A DNA stretch of 64,000 bases from assembly GCA_963760795.1 (NCBI GenBank), contig CAVXEP010000029.1, positions 32,001-96,000 of the forward strand, read 5' to 3'. The DNA comes from an uncultured delta proteobacterium. Lineage in GTDB: Bacteria; Desulfobacterota; Binatia; UBA9968. A model generated the notes under the pieces. The model was not told the DNA's origin. It was given only the letters and a program-made list of their open reading frames with translations, and made no database searches. Positions within the stretch are counted from its first letter, which is position 1. Each line of letters starts with the position of its first letter. Below are positions 19,335 to 32,419 of the stretch, piece by piece. Position numbers and translations under genes: made by a program.

Positions 19335-20090
19335 ATGTCCCTTGATCTAACACAGGTTCTGGTCGGCGTCGCCCTGTTGTTCGCCGCGTTCGTGAAAGGT
19401 GCCACCGGTTTGGGCTTTCCGCTGATTGCGACGCCGATGGTGGCGCTACTCTTGGACATTCGCGTCGCCGTAACGATACTTATCCTGCCCAATCTTTTGA
19501 TGGATATCACTCAGGTGTTTCGCGACGGCTTTCCCGACACGGTCCTGCAGCGTTTCAAATCTATGATCGGTCTGACCATCATCGGGGTTTTCCTTGGCAC
19601 GATGGTGTTAGTGATGCTGCCGCTGTGGGCGCTCAATTTGTGTCTCGGCATTATGATCATCGTCTTCGTGGTTTCCAACCTGCTCAAGTTGGACTTCGCC
19701 ATATCTCCCGCGGCGGAAAAAACACTGTCGCCGATTGTCGGGCTGCTGAGCGGGTTCTTAAACGGCATGACCAATGCCGCCGGACCGATCTTGGCGATTT
19801 ACTTCTACAGCCTAAAATTAGAGAAGCGAAACTTCGTCAAATCCGTCGCGACGATCTTCATGATCACCAAGGCGGCACAGCTGATCGCGGTATCGACCTG
19901 GAATCTGTTCAATTGGAATACGCTTACGCTGTCGCTCCAAGTGGTGCTCTTCACGCTGATTGGGTTTTTCGCCGGACTGAAGACTCAGGATCGGGTGAAT
20001 CAAACCACCTTTAGTCGGGGCTTGATGGTGCTGTTGTCGATTATCGGTGTGATCCTGATCGCCCGGGCGCTCACCCAAGCGCTGCATTGA
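19335..20090 (+). CDS. Sulfite exporter TauE/SafE family protein
   Basis: KGATGLGFPLIATP, SGFLNGMTNAAGP; about 8 TM helices. Confidence 0.9.
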   Translation: MSLDLTQVLVGVALLFAAFVKGATGLGFPLIATPMVALLLDIRVAVTILILPNLLMDITQVFRDGFPDTVLQRFKSMIGLTIIGVFLGTMVLVMLPLWALNLCLGIMIIVFVVSNLLKLDFAISPAAEKTLSPIVGLLSGFLNGMTNAAGPILAIYFYSLKLEKRNFVKSVATIFMITKAAQLIAVSTWNLFNWNTLTLSLQVVLFTLIGFFAGLKTQDRVNQTTFSRGLMVLLSIIGVILIARALTQALH

Positions 20091-20134
20091 GTCTTGATTA
20101 TTTCGGCAAAATCACAGAGCGCAATGAATTTGGC

Positions 20135-20857
20135 TCACAGCGCCGGCGCGTAAAGATTATTTGGCAATGCGCGCACGTAATCGATCGCCTCTTTGAGCGG
20201 GATCACGTCGGCATATTTCATCGCCATGTCGAACAGATTGATCTTGTGCGAAGCCTGACCGCGGTCGAAAACACATTCTTCGACCACCGAAACTTTCAGA
20301 TTATAGGAAAACGCGTCGATGACGCTGGCGCGCACGCAGCCGCTGGTGGTGGTGCCGCAGACCAGCAAGCTGTCGGCATGAACCTCGGTCAGCATGCTCA
20401 TGAGCGCCGTGCCGAAAAAAGCGCTGGGCTTTTGCTTGCGCACGATGATATCGCCCGGCTGGGGCGCGATCTCGTCGACGATCTGATTGGCTTTTTCCCA
20501 TTGCTCGGTCATATCTTCCGTGGATCGGTTGCTCTTGGCCGCCCAACCGCCGATCAGCACGGTAGAATTGGCGCGATTCTCCTCGGCAGTGGTATAAAAC
20601 GTCGGCACATGCTTTTTGCGAGCTTCCCCGAGCAACTCGCCGATGGCATGGACGCCATCCCAACCTTCCTCGCCGCAACTGGTGCGAAAGCGCTTGACCG
20701 ACTCGAGAATCGGCTCTGGCTTGTCGCCGGTAAAATTGTAATTGACGTCGATAATGAGCAGCGCCGGCCGTTGCCCGAGGCCGGCTTTCTTGCCGAAACC
20801 GGAAAGCGCAAACACCTCTTTGTCGCGCGGGGTCAGAATATCGTCCCAGGTCGCCAT
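20135..20857 (-). CDS. Isochorismatase-family cysteine hydrolase (NicF/N-carbamoylsarcosine amidase-like)
   Basis: Triad IIDVN, KQKPSAFFGT, TTTSGCVRAS; HKINLFDMAMKYADV. Confidence 0.9.
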   Translation of the reverse strand: MATWDDILTPRDKEVFALSGFGKKAGLGQRPALLIIDVNYNFTGDKPEPILESVKRFRTSCGEEGWDGVHAIGELLGEARKKHVPTFYTTAEENRANSTVLIGGWAAKSNRSTEDMTEQWEKANQIVDEIAPQPGDIIVRKQKPSAFFGTALMSMLTEVHADSLLVCGTTTSGCVRASVIDAFSYNLKVSVVEECVFDRGQASHKINLFDMAMKYADVIPLKEAIDYVRALPNNLYAPAL

Positions 20858-21014
20858 GAGAAATCCTCCCTGTCTACAAGTTAGCGCGATGTTCATAACA
20901 AACCGGCGGCGATGTCAAGACGATATTGCTGCCGACGCATTGACCCCAAGCCAGGACCGACGCTTATAACGTGGAAAGCGCAGTGACAAGTCGTTAAAGG
21001 TAGCCACGCCAACC

Positions 21015-21567
21015 ATGAGGCAAATCAGAGTGAAGCTGAAATTAGTTTTGGTAATTCTGCTCGTTGTCCAGCTGCGGTTCGCCGGTGGCGGTCTGGACCG
21101 ACGGCGAGGTGCCGTTTGTCCGCTCGACGCCGGAAGTGATCGAGCGCATGCTCGAATTGGCGCGGGTCAAAACTGGCGATGTCATTTACGATATTGGCAG
21201 CGGCGACGGCGCGATCATCATCCATGCCGCCAAGAAATACGGCGTCAAGGGCGTCGGCATAGAAATCGACCAGGATTTAGTCGCCCGCGCGCGCAACAAC
21301 GCGTATCGGGAAAAAGTCGAACATCTCGTCGAGTTCCGCGTCCAGGATGCCTTCACCGTCGACATGTCGCCGGCCACCGTTGTGACGCTATATATGCTGC
21401 CTGAGTTCAACGCCAAGCTGCGGCCGATCATGGACCGCCAGCTCAAGCCCGGCACGCGCGTCGTCTCCCACGACTATCCTGTGGAGGGGTGGGCGCCGGA
21501 CCGCGTGGAACCGGTGCGCGGCGACTTCGTGCATAACCATACGGTGCTACTATTTGAGATCCGCTAA
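21015..21567 (+). CDS. Class I SAM-dependent methyltransferase with putative lipoprotein signal, frameshift near 21063
   Basis: VPFVRST, YDIGSGDG, GIEID, VVTLYML, RVVSHDY; hydrophobic N-terminus in another frame joins LSSCGS. Confidence 0.88.
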
Positions 21568-21572
21568 AAGAC

Positions 21573-21599
21573 AAAAGGCCCCGCGCTGGCGGGGCCTTT
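21573..21599. terminator. Intrinsic terminator between convergent methyltransferase and eutA-like genes
   Basis: aaaaggccccgc-gctg-gcggggccttt; strong U-tract on the minus strand. Confidence 0.85.
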
Positions 21600-21623
21600 C
21601 GGAATTTCGCGCTCAAAAAGATC

Positions 21624-23165
21624 TTAGTCGCTGAGTGTCGTCGGAAACATCAGCGACTTAACCGTCACCGGAATGACTTCAGTGATACCTAAGCATTCGC
21701 CGATATCGATGTAATCCAGATCGCCGACCTCGATGCCGTCGATGGCGATAATGTCGCGGGAAACTTTGAGTTCGTCCCTAAGAATGGCGCCAAGTGACTT
21801 GGCGATGTCCAGGTCCAGGGTCAAATAGAGCGGACACTTGGCGTCGTCGGCGTCTTTGAGAATCTGCGCCACGCCTTCGGCGATGCGCCGGACCGATTGA
21901 TAGTTGGGCACGCCGCTGACGGTCAATGACAAGGCCAAACCTGACGTGAAGCAGCTCAGGTCGAACTTTCTCAGCGACTGTTTGATCGCATCGGCCACCG
22001 ATTCGCCGTCGCGGATCGGCGCTTGGATAACTTTCAAGCCATGCACCGGCAGAGCTTTTTCATTGGAGACATAACTGGTGTTGCCGCTCGCTTGGATGGT
22101 GTACTCGCCGGCGCCGATAACCGTGGCGCGAATCCCTTCGATGGGTTCGCGCAGGACATCCTTTGGCAGCTTCTTCAAATATTCGCGCATGTTCTTGCCG
22201 AGCACCGGCCCGATGTCGCCATAGGATTTGGGATCGCGGTCGTAAACATGCTCGGAAACGCCGCCGGAAAACACCAGATGCTGCACTTGCTTGAAACCCG
22301 TGTAGTTAACGAAAGGCGGCGTCACCATCAAGGATCGCGCCATCGGCGAAGTGGGCCCCTGTTCGATGATCTCGAAGAGAATCTTTGCCATATAGGCGCC
22401 GAAGTCTTCCTTCATTTTTTCGCTGATCTTCTCGCCGATTTCGACTTTATGGCCAAGCTCTTTCATCATCGTCCGGCCCGGACCTTCGATGCGCGTGATC
22501 TGGTCTTTCTCATCGAAGGCGATCAGCCGCGCGCCGACGCTGATCGACGCCGTCTGCGTCACCATGCCGTCTTCGACCAGAGAAAACTTGGTCGTGCCGC
22601 CGCCCATGTCGACGTTGAGCACCGTCTTATGTTCGCCCTTCGACAGATCCACCGCGCCGCAACCATAGGCCGCCAGCAAAGCCTCATGATTATGGCCCGC
22701 CGCCGCGCAAATGAACTTGCCGGAATATTTGGCGAAGTTCTCGACGATCGGCTGGGCGTTTTCTTTCTTGAGCGCCTCGCCGGTGATGATCACCGCGCCG
22801 GTGTCGACATCCTCCGGCGTCAAGCCCGCCTCTTTGTAAGCGTCTTGAATAAACTGGTTCACTTTGTCGGTATCGATCTTGGTCGCCGAAGTGTAGGGCG
22901 TCAGCATGATCGGCGAGCGGTACAGCACCTCGCGACCGGTGACGCGGAACTTGCCGGACAACGACGCGCCTTCGCGCCGCAACGTGATATGCGAGAAGAT
23001 CAAATGCGAGGTCGAAGAGCCGATGTCGATGCCGACGCTCTTGAGCGAGAACATCTCCAATCCTTCGATGTCGGTGACAATCTCGTCCTCTCCGATGATG
23101 AAATTATCCGGATGGTCGTGATCGTAGATATCGTCGTGCATCTTTAGCCTCTGTATATCCGCCAT
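21624..23165 (-). CDS. eutA: EutA-like reactivating-factor ATPase (ASKHA fold)
   Basis: SVGIDIGSSTSHLIFS, VDTGAVIITGEA, DMGGGTT, FSGGVSE, IRATVIGAG, LDYIDIG, IPVTVKSL. Confidence 0.88.
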   Translation of the reverse strand: MADIQRLKMHDDIYDHDHPDNFIIGEDEIVTDIEGLEMFSLKSVGIDIGSSTSHLIFSHITLRREGASLSGKFRVTGREVLYRSPIMLTPYTSATKIDTDKVNQFIQDAYKEAGLTPEDVDTGAVIITGEALKKENAQPIVENFAKYSGKFICAAAGHNHEALLAAYGCGAVDLSKGEHKTVLNVDMGGGTTKFSLVEDGMVTQTASISVGARLIAFDEKDQITRIEGPGRTMMKELGHKVEIGEKISEKMKEDFGAYMAKILFEIIEQGPTSPMARSLMVTPPFVNYTGFKQVQHLVFSGGVSEHVYDRDPKSYGDIGPVLGKNMREYLKKLPKDVLREPIEGIRATVIGAGEYTIQASGNTSYVSNEKALPVHGLKVIQAPIRDGESVADAIKQSLRKFDLSCFTSGLALSLTVSGVPNYQSVRRIAEGVAQILKDADDAKCPLYLTLDLDIAKSLGAILRDELKVSRDIIAIDGIEVGDLDYIDIGECLGITEVIPVTVKSLMFPTTLSD

Positions 23166-23185
23166 TTTGTCCTACCCTAATAACA

Positions 23186-23215
23186 GGAATCCCCGCTCGC
23201 TGGAGCGGGGATTCC
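23186..23215. promoter_or_regulatory. Strong intergenic hairpin between cupin and eutA-like genes
   Basis: ggaatccccgctc-gctg-gagcggggattcc (13-bp stem), weak U-tract on the minus strand. Confidence 0.6.
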
Positions 23216-23244
23216 GTAATCGAATTTTTAAGTACTTACGGTAA

Positions 23245-24378
23245 TTATTGCTTGCCCATCGCCTTGGACCATTCGTAGTCCGGGTTTTTGTAGCATTCAT
23301 CAGGCATAATGCTCTGGATGCCGCGCCTGCCCAACTCTTCTTCGAACTTCTTGCGAATAAACGGATCCTCGTTCGGGTACTCGATCTGATCCTTGGCGCG
23401 GTCCTCGACCTTTTCCGCGTGGCCGTGGAACTGCATGGGCGGATGGAGCGCCAGATAGCGCGCCATATCGCCGCCGGCATTGAAATGTTGATGAAACCAT
23501 TTATCCGGCGGCGTGATCATGCTGCACTCATGCCACGGACAGACGATTTTCTCTTTGCCCTCTTCCCACATGATCGAATAACCTTCACCGGCGGGAATGA
23601 TGATCGCCCGGCCGGGGCCATGGCGGTGCGCTTTCTTGTAGGTCTTGGGCGCGAACACCGACATATGGGCGGTCAGTTCGGAATTGGGGAACTGCATGAA
23701 CACGCTCTTGCCGCCGGCGCCGCGCCGTTCGTTAGCGTCGAGCTTGTTCCAGGCACGCATGTCGGGGAAAAAGTTGCCGTACCAGAAGGCGCGCATGCCC
23801 AAACCTTCATCTGCGTCCTTGGCTTGAACCATTTTCGCTTCCGAGTAAAAATCGCCCTGGTCGGCGGTGATTTTCGACTCGTAGGGATTGTTGAAATACA
23901 TGTCCGGTTCCGGCAACGCCGACATCGCCATCGGCATATAGCTGTAATGAAAGAGTTTAACCGGCTTGTCGCCGGTCATGTTGCTGAAGACATGCCAGTG
24001 ATTACGCGGCACGAGAAACATCGAGTGCTCTTGCCATTCGAAGTTCTTCTTGGGTTTGCCTTCACCAGACCATACGGTGGTCAAACCACGGCCGGAGCAA
24101 ACGTAAACGACCTCATCCAACGCGAACTTTACCGGCGGCAACGACTTACCGGGCGGGACTTCAGTCACGCGCGCGGCGCTGACGCCTTCTTGGCCCCACA
24201 GCTGAATGAAGGCGGCCTTGCAGCCTCTTTCTTCCCACCACTCCAACTCGACGGTGCGCAGATCGGGAATAAAATAACCCTTATGGATTGGAATGCCTTT
24301 CGACTTCATCCACCGGTCGTAGGTAAATTCCTTGCTCCACATAGTAATAACCGGTTCTTGACTAGCTGCTTCGGCCAT
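23245..24378 (-). CDS. Bicupin protein (gentisate 1,2-dioxygenase-like fold)
   Basis: C-terminal KAHRHGPG...GEGYS...WFHQHFN; N-terminal cupin DEVVYVCSGRG...HWHVFSN lacks the first His pair. Confidence 0.85.
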   Translation of the reverse strand: MAEAASQEPVITMWSKEFTYDRWMKSKGIPIHKGYFIPDLRTVELEWWEERGCKAAFIQLWGQEGVSAARVTEVPPGKSLPPVKFALDEVVYVCSGRGLTTVWSGEGKPKKNFEWQEHSMFLVPRNHWHVFSNMTGDKPVKLFHYSYMPMAMSALPEPDMYFNNPYESKITADQGDFYSEAKMVQAKDADEGLGMRAFWYGNFFPDMRAWNKLDANERRGAGGKSVFMQFPNSELTAHMSVFAPKTYKKAHRHGPGRAIIIPAGEGYSIMWEEGKEKIVCPWHECSMITPPDKWFHQHFNAGGDMARYLALHPPMQFHGHAEKVEDRAKDQIEYPNEDPFIRKKFEEELGRRGIQSIMPDECYKNPDYEWSKAMGKQ

Positions 24379-24416
24379 AAAACTTCCTCCTTACTGCTTG
24401 CTCTTATCCTATTTAC

Positions 24417-24833
24417 TTATCTTCTTGTCTCTTTACTAGCAACCTGGAGCCTGGCCAGGGCGCGCCGCTGAGCTTCCTCCAGTTGCGCATACTCCGGGTC
24501 TTCGAAGTTGAGCTCGCCCAGCCGTTTTTCGGCGCGTTCCCTAGCGCGCTGCGCCCGCGCCATGTCGATCTCGCCAGCGAACTCCGCCGACGAGGCCAGA
24601 ACAGTCATGACGTTATCGAGCACTTCGGCATAGCCGCCACCGACCACCAATACGTGACGCGCGGCGCCTTGCTTGTAGCTCAACTCGCCGGGGACCAATG
24701 TCGACAAGAATGAAATGTGATTGGGCAACACGCCGAACTCGCCCAGTTCACCCACCGCGGTGACTTCGTCGACTTCTTCGTCGAGAACCAACCGGCTCGG
24801 GGTTACGACTCTCAGTCTAATTTTATCTGCCAT
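24417..24833 (-). CDS. atpC: F1Fo ATP synthase epsilon subunit
   Basis: VVTP, GEFGVLPNH, GGYAEV, RALARL. Confidence 0.96.
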   Translation of the reverse strand: MADKIRLRVVTPSRLVLDEEVDEVTAVGELGEFGVLPNHISFLSTLVPGELSYKQGAARHVLVVGGGYAEVLDNVMTVLASSAEFAGEIDMARAQRARERAEKRLGELNFEDPEYAQLEEAQRRALARLQVASKETRR

Positions 24834-24863
24834 CTTGCTCGTCTACGATCTTCTAGTCCGACC

Positions 24864-24932
24864 TTGAACGACTGGAACGAAAAGCGGTTTTCGTTCAAAG
24901 ATTCAAATCGCTCACGCAGTTCAAACCGTTAA
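24864..24932. repeat. 9-bp-unit palindromic repeat between atpD and atpC
   Basis: ttgaacg actggaacg aaaagcggtttt cgttcaaag...agttcaaac cgtt; same unit family as 6414-6523. Confidence 0.7.
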
Positions 24933-24950
24933 ATTCACGCCTTTTGCGGT

Positions 24951-26361
<1,411 letters not shown>

Positions 26362-26384
26362 CTTATTAAAACCTCCTGGTCATA

Positions 26385-26457
26385 TCGTGCTCGTGACTCG
26401 TGTTCGTGCTCGTAAAAACGCCGCCCTCGGGAAATACCAGCACAAACCACGAACACG
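26385..26457. repeat. 6-bp-unit (tcgtgc)n palindromic repeat between atpG and atpD
   Basis: tcgtgc tcgtgac tcgtgt tcgtgc tcgtaa ... agcacaaaccacgaacacg. Confidence 0.7.
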
Positions 26458-26462
26458 TCTTA

Positions 26463-27329
<867 letters not shown>

Positions 27330-27379
27330 GTCTATGGATGTCCAGGACTACAAGATTAGGGTTTCGGGGTGACCGGAAA

Positions 27380-28888
<1,509 letters not shown>

Positions 28889-28898
28889 CGATTACTCC

Positions 28899-29441
28899 TT
28901 AATAACCGCGCGCGATGCGCTGTTTCATCTTTGCCAATTGCGTTCGCACGCTGCCGTCGTAGATCTTTCCTTCCAGCTCCACTTGCAGGCCGCCGAGCAA
29001 CTCCGGGTCGACGACTTGCTGCAAGATCACTTCTTTGCCGGAAATGCTGCGCAGCTGGCCACGCACGCGCTCGACCAACGCCGGCTCAAGGGCGGTAGCA
29101 CTAACCACTTTGGCATCGACCCGGCCGCGGGCTTCGTTGAGCAAGCGGCGATAGCAGTTGACGATGCCGGTCAAGTGGCCCAAGCGGTCGCGCTCCAAGA
29201 GCAGCGACAGAAACCTTACGGTCAAGGACGATAGCTTTTGACTTTGGGCGACCTGGCTAAGAATCTGTTTGCGCCTATCGACAGCGAAAGCGGGATTGGT
29301 GAGAACTTGTTGCAGAGCGGACTTGCTATAGTCCGAGAAAAACTGTTCGACTTCGACGCCGACGGCATCTTCCTGGCCAGCGTCGCACGCCAATTGAAAC
29401 AGCGCCTTGGTGTATCTGCGTGCTAAGCTGCCTTCGATCAT
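28899..29441 (-). CDS. atpH: F1Fo ATP synthase delta subunit
   Basis: ARRYTKALF, DPELLGG, YDGSVR; operon position. Confidence 0.95.
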   Translation of the reverse strand: MIEGSLARRYTKALFQLACDAGQEDAVGVEVEQFFSDYSKSALQQVLTNPAFAVDRRKQILSQVAQSQKLSSLTVRFLSLLLERDRLGHLTGIVNCYRRLLNEARGRVDAKVVSATALEPALVERVRGQLRSISGKEVILQQVVDPELLGGLQVELEGKIYDGSVRTQLAKMKQRIARGY

Positions 29442-29992
29442 CGCGCCTGTCCAATACTTTGGATAAATTCGTCCGCCAGGCGGTTTTGATCGGCCACCGA
29501 CAAGTTGCGTTGGAGCAATGCCCGCGCCGTGGCTTCGGCCTGGATCGCCATGTCCTCGCGGATTTTTTGCCGCGCCATTCTTACTTCCTGATCAGCGAGA
29601 ATGCCGGCGTCGGCTTTGATCTTCGCCGCCATGACATTGGCTTCGCTGACGAGCTTAGCTTTGTCGCGCTCGCCTTCGTCGCGCAGTGTTGCTTGCAGAC
29701 TCCGCACTTGCTGGTCGAGCGCGGCCAACTTGGCTTTGTACTCGTCAACCAGCGCCTGGGCCGCGGCTTTTTTTGCCGAGGCTTGCGCCATCGTCGCGAC
29801 CACTTCGTCGCGGCGACTTTTCAGGAAACTGCGTACCGGGGGAAGCGCGAACTTGACGATAATGACAGCGTAAATGAGAAAATTGAGGGCCGGAAAGATA
29901 ACCTCAGTGATCGACGGCGTATGATGTTCAGCGCCGCCGGCGGCCCAAGCCTGGGCCACAGTGAATATGCCGAGGATATCCTGGCTGCTCAC
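29438..29992 (-). CDS. atpF: Fo subunit b
   Basis: ALNF TM helix plus long coiled coil; GTG start overlaps the previous stop. Confidence 0.9.
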   Translation of the reverse strand: MSSQDILGIFTVAQAWAAGGAEHHTPSITEVIFPALNFLIYAVIIVKFALPPVRSFLKSRRDEVVATMAQASAKKAAAQALVDEYKAKLAALDQQVRSLQATLRDEGERDKAKLVSEANVMAAKIKADAGILADQEVRMARQKIREDMAIQAEATARALLQRNLSVADQNRLADEFIQSIGQAR

Positions 29993-30417
29993 CCGACTCT
30001 CCTCCCGAGAACTTTATGCACCATGTCGGCAGCCACGGCGCTGACTTCCGCTGCGGCCAGTCGCTTTTCTTGTTCCATGGCAGCGGCGACTTCCTGCCTG
30101 ATCTGATCCAGACTCCGGGTCGCCTCATCGCGCGCCTGGCTCAAGATCTTTTCGCGCTGCTGGCGCGCATCCTGATTGATCGCCTCTTTCGCCGCGTAGC
30201 CCGCGGCTTGGCCAAGGGCGAATTTCGCATCGAATTGGGCCTTGAGCGTGGCGCCTTCATGCTCCAGGTCCACCGAATCATGCTGCGCCCCGGTGGTTTT
30301 ATGCTCGCGCTCTTCGAGCAAACGCAGATACGGTTGAAACAGCAGCTTATTGAGAATCAGCCAGAGGACGACAAACAGAACGACCTGATAAGCTATGCTG
30401 TAATCAAGATGAATCAT
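29989..30417 (-). CDS. Fo subunit b'
   Basis: Single TM helix, LFQP...LEERE, C-terminal KVLGR; deltaproteobacterial b'-b arrangement. Confidence 0.88.
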   Translation of the reverse strand: MIHLDYSIAYQVVLFVVLWLILNKLLFQPYLRLLEEREHKTTGAQHDSVDLEHEGATLKAQFDAKFALGQAAGYAAKEAINQDARQQREKILSQARDEATRSLDQIRQEVAAAMEQEKRLAAAEVSAVAADMVHKVLGRRVG

Positions 30418-30582
30418 GGATCAACGACCGCTTTCAAAACTGCTCTCACTCGGGTTCCGCTGCATCCGCAATGGCGCAACCCAGTACCCAATTAATAAAA
30501 AACCTACATTCTCGATTGAACGTAGGATCTAGGATCGGCGAGGTGACGGACAGCGAACCGAAGTCTAATTCTGACAATCAGT

Positions 30583-31140
30583 TTACAGCTTAGGCGCTGC
30601 AGCCGCTGCGGCTTTATCCGCGTTTGGGCTGCGGGAACCTGCGACTTCACCCTGTCGTTTGGCCACTCCCATGGAGCAGTCACCGTCAAGCACCACGCCC
30701 TCGGTGATTATCAGCCGGGGCGCATCGATGTTGCCGATCAAGCGGGCCCGTGCCAACAGCTCGATCCGGTCCTTGGCGGTGACGTTGCCTTCGACTTTGC
30801 CGCGGATAATCACGACTTGGCCGGTGATCTTGGCTTTCACTTCCGCTTCTTCGCCGATGGTGAGGGTGCCTTGGCAATTAATCTCACCGTCAACCTTGCC
30901 ATCGATGCGCGCCGGCCCTTGAAAGCTCAGCTGACCGGTGACGCGGCTGCCTTTATATAGATAACCGACCAAACCCGCAGTTGACTGCGACGGCGACGGT
31001 ATTTCTATTTTGGCAGCAGGCTGCGGCACTGGAGCTGCGCTTATTGGAGTGGGCGCTGGCTCCGGTTTCGTTACTTGTGCCACGCTTTGCGGCTCCGTTT
31101 CGGTTTTTTTTCCGCCAGGGTTTTTATCAAACCAAGCCAT
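30583..31140 (-). CDS. Bactofilin (polymer-forming cytoskeletal protein)
   Basis: Pro-rich N-terminus, GSRVTGQL...RIDGKVDGEI...IRGKVEGNV...GVVLDGDCSM. Confidence 0.92.
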   Translation of the reverse strand: MAWFDKNPGGKKTETEPQSVAQVTKPEPAPTPISAAPVPQPAAKIEIPSPSQSTAGLVGYLYKGSRVTGQLSFQGPARIDGKVDGEINCQGTLTIGEEAEVKAKITGQVVIIRGKVEGNVTAKDRIELLARARLIGNIDAPRLIITEGVVLDGDCSMGVAKRQGEVAGSRSPNADKAAAAAAPKL

Positions 31141-31172
31141 TTTTTGGTTCTCCCAGTGCTTGGGCAGAGTTT

Positions 31173-31201
31173 CCTATAACATCCGAGAATCTCATTGTCA
31201 A
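31173..31201 (-). promoter_or_regulatory. Putative sigma70 promoter of the bactofilin-atp operon
   Basis: TTGACA-17-TATAGG with extended -10 TG. Confidence 0.6.
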
Positions 31202-31380
31202 AACGCAGTAGGCGAAACTAACAAGTCTTGTTTGCTGGCCGCCGGTCCGTATTCAGCCCTTTGTCCAACTAAATCTCAAAATCCGGAAAAAGGCCCTCTC
31301 GGTCATCCCGAAAATCGACAAAGTGCGGCATGTTCTTGACCGCTTGCGCCACTTTGTTTAGCTTAGAGCGATAATTCCAT

Positions 31381-31774
31381 ATGAACAATTTCTCTTTGCT
31401 CACCAAGGGCGCGCTCCTGGTCCTTGCCTGCATCGCCCAGCGGCCTGGCGGCGACCGGAAAAACCATCAAAGAAAACCTTCAGTTCGTCAAGCGTATGGT
31501 GCGCGCCATCGTGCGTGGGGTGATGCATACACGCGATTTTCCTGAAGACGCGATTCAAACCATGATAAAGCACTGGCGCATGGAGCGGGAAGTGTCTGTG
31601 GACGCGTACAATTTAGTGAAAGAAGCGCTGCAACCCGTGCCGACAGAAAAGGGCGTCGAACTGATGGCTCAATGGCAAGCGGTGGCGCTCAATACCAAAC
31701 CGAAGCGGCCGGTGCGCGAATATATGGACCTGCGCTTCGTCAATGAAGTGATGGCCGAATTAACTCAGAAATAA
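31381..31774 (+). pseudogene. SsuA/THI5-like binding protein remnant with internal deletion
   Basis: Signal-like MNNFSLLTKGALLVLAC directly abuts a C-terminal part (SGLAAT...VKRMVRAIVRG...MDLRFVNEV). Confidence 0.7.
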
Positions 31775-31790
31775 TCCTCAGGAGGCAAGA

Positions 31791-32387
31791 GTGAAAAAAG
31801 TATTGATCGGCGCAATGCTATGCGCAGTTTTTGGGCTCGGTAACCATGCCAACAGCCAAGAAAAAAAGGGGCCGCTTTACGCCACGCTGAAAACCAGCAT
31901 GGGCGACATCGTGATTCAGCTGTTCGACGAAAAGGCGCCCAAGACGGTGGCCAACTTCGTCGGCCTCGCCACCGGCACAAAAGAATGGACCGACACCAAG
32001 ACCGGCGAGAAAGTGAAAAAGCCGCTGTATAACGGCACGATCTTTCACCGCGTCATCCCCGGCTTCATGATTCAAGGCGGCGATCCCTTGGGCAACGGCA
32101 CCGGCGGGCCGGGTTTTCGCTTCGAGGATGAATTCCATCCCGACTTGCGCCACACCAAAGGCGGCGTCCTATCGATGGCCAACGCCGGGCCGAATACCAA
32201 CGGCAGCCAATTCTTCATCACGCTTGCGCCGACCCTGCACTTGGACAACCGCCACAGCGTATTTGGTGAAGTCATAAAGGGCCAGGAAGTCGTCGTTGCC
32301 ATCGGCGGCACGCCGCGCGACGGACGCGACCGGCCGAGCAAAGATGTCGTAATCAAAGAAGTGGTGATTTCGCGCGGCAGCTTTTGA
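31791..32387 (+). CDS. Cyclophilin-type peptidyl-prolyl isomerase (exported)
   Basis: [39 protein letters not shown]. Confidence 0.96.
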   Translation: MKKVLIGAMLCAVFGLGNHANSQEKKGPLYATLKTSMGDIVIQLFDEKAPKTVANFVGLATGTKEWTDTKTGEKVKKPLYNGTIFHRVIPGFMIQGGDPLGNGTGGPGFRFEDEFHPDLRHTKGGVLSMANAGPNTNGSQFFITLAPTLHLDNRHSVFGEVIKGQEVVVAIGGTPRDGRDRPSKDVVIKEVVISRGSF

Positions 32388-32419
32388 GTCTTCAGCGTTG
32401 CCGCTCCAAGGAGAAAGCG

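Noticed and set aside
22023-24471. Long plus-strand ORFs (374 aa, 407 aa) opposite eutA and the cupin
   Set aside because: Antisense shadows expected from GC-rich codon bias; no motifs. The same applies to 20087..20884, 9135..9872, 45855..46688 and similar ORFs.
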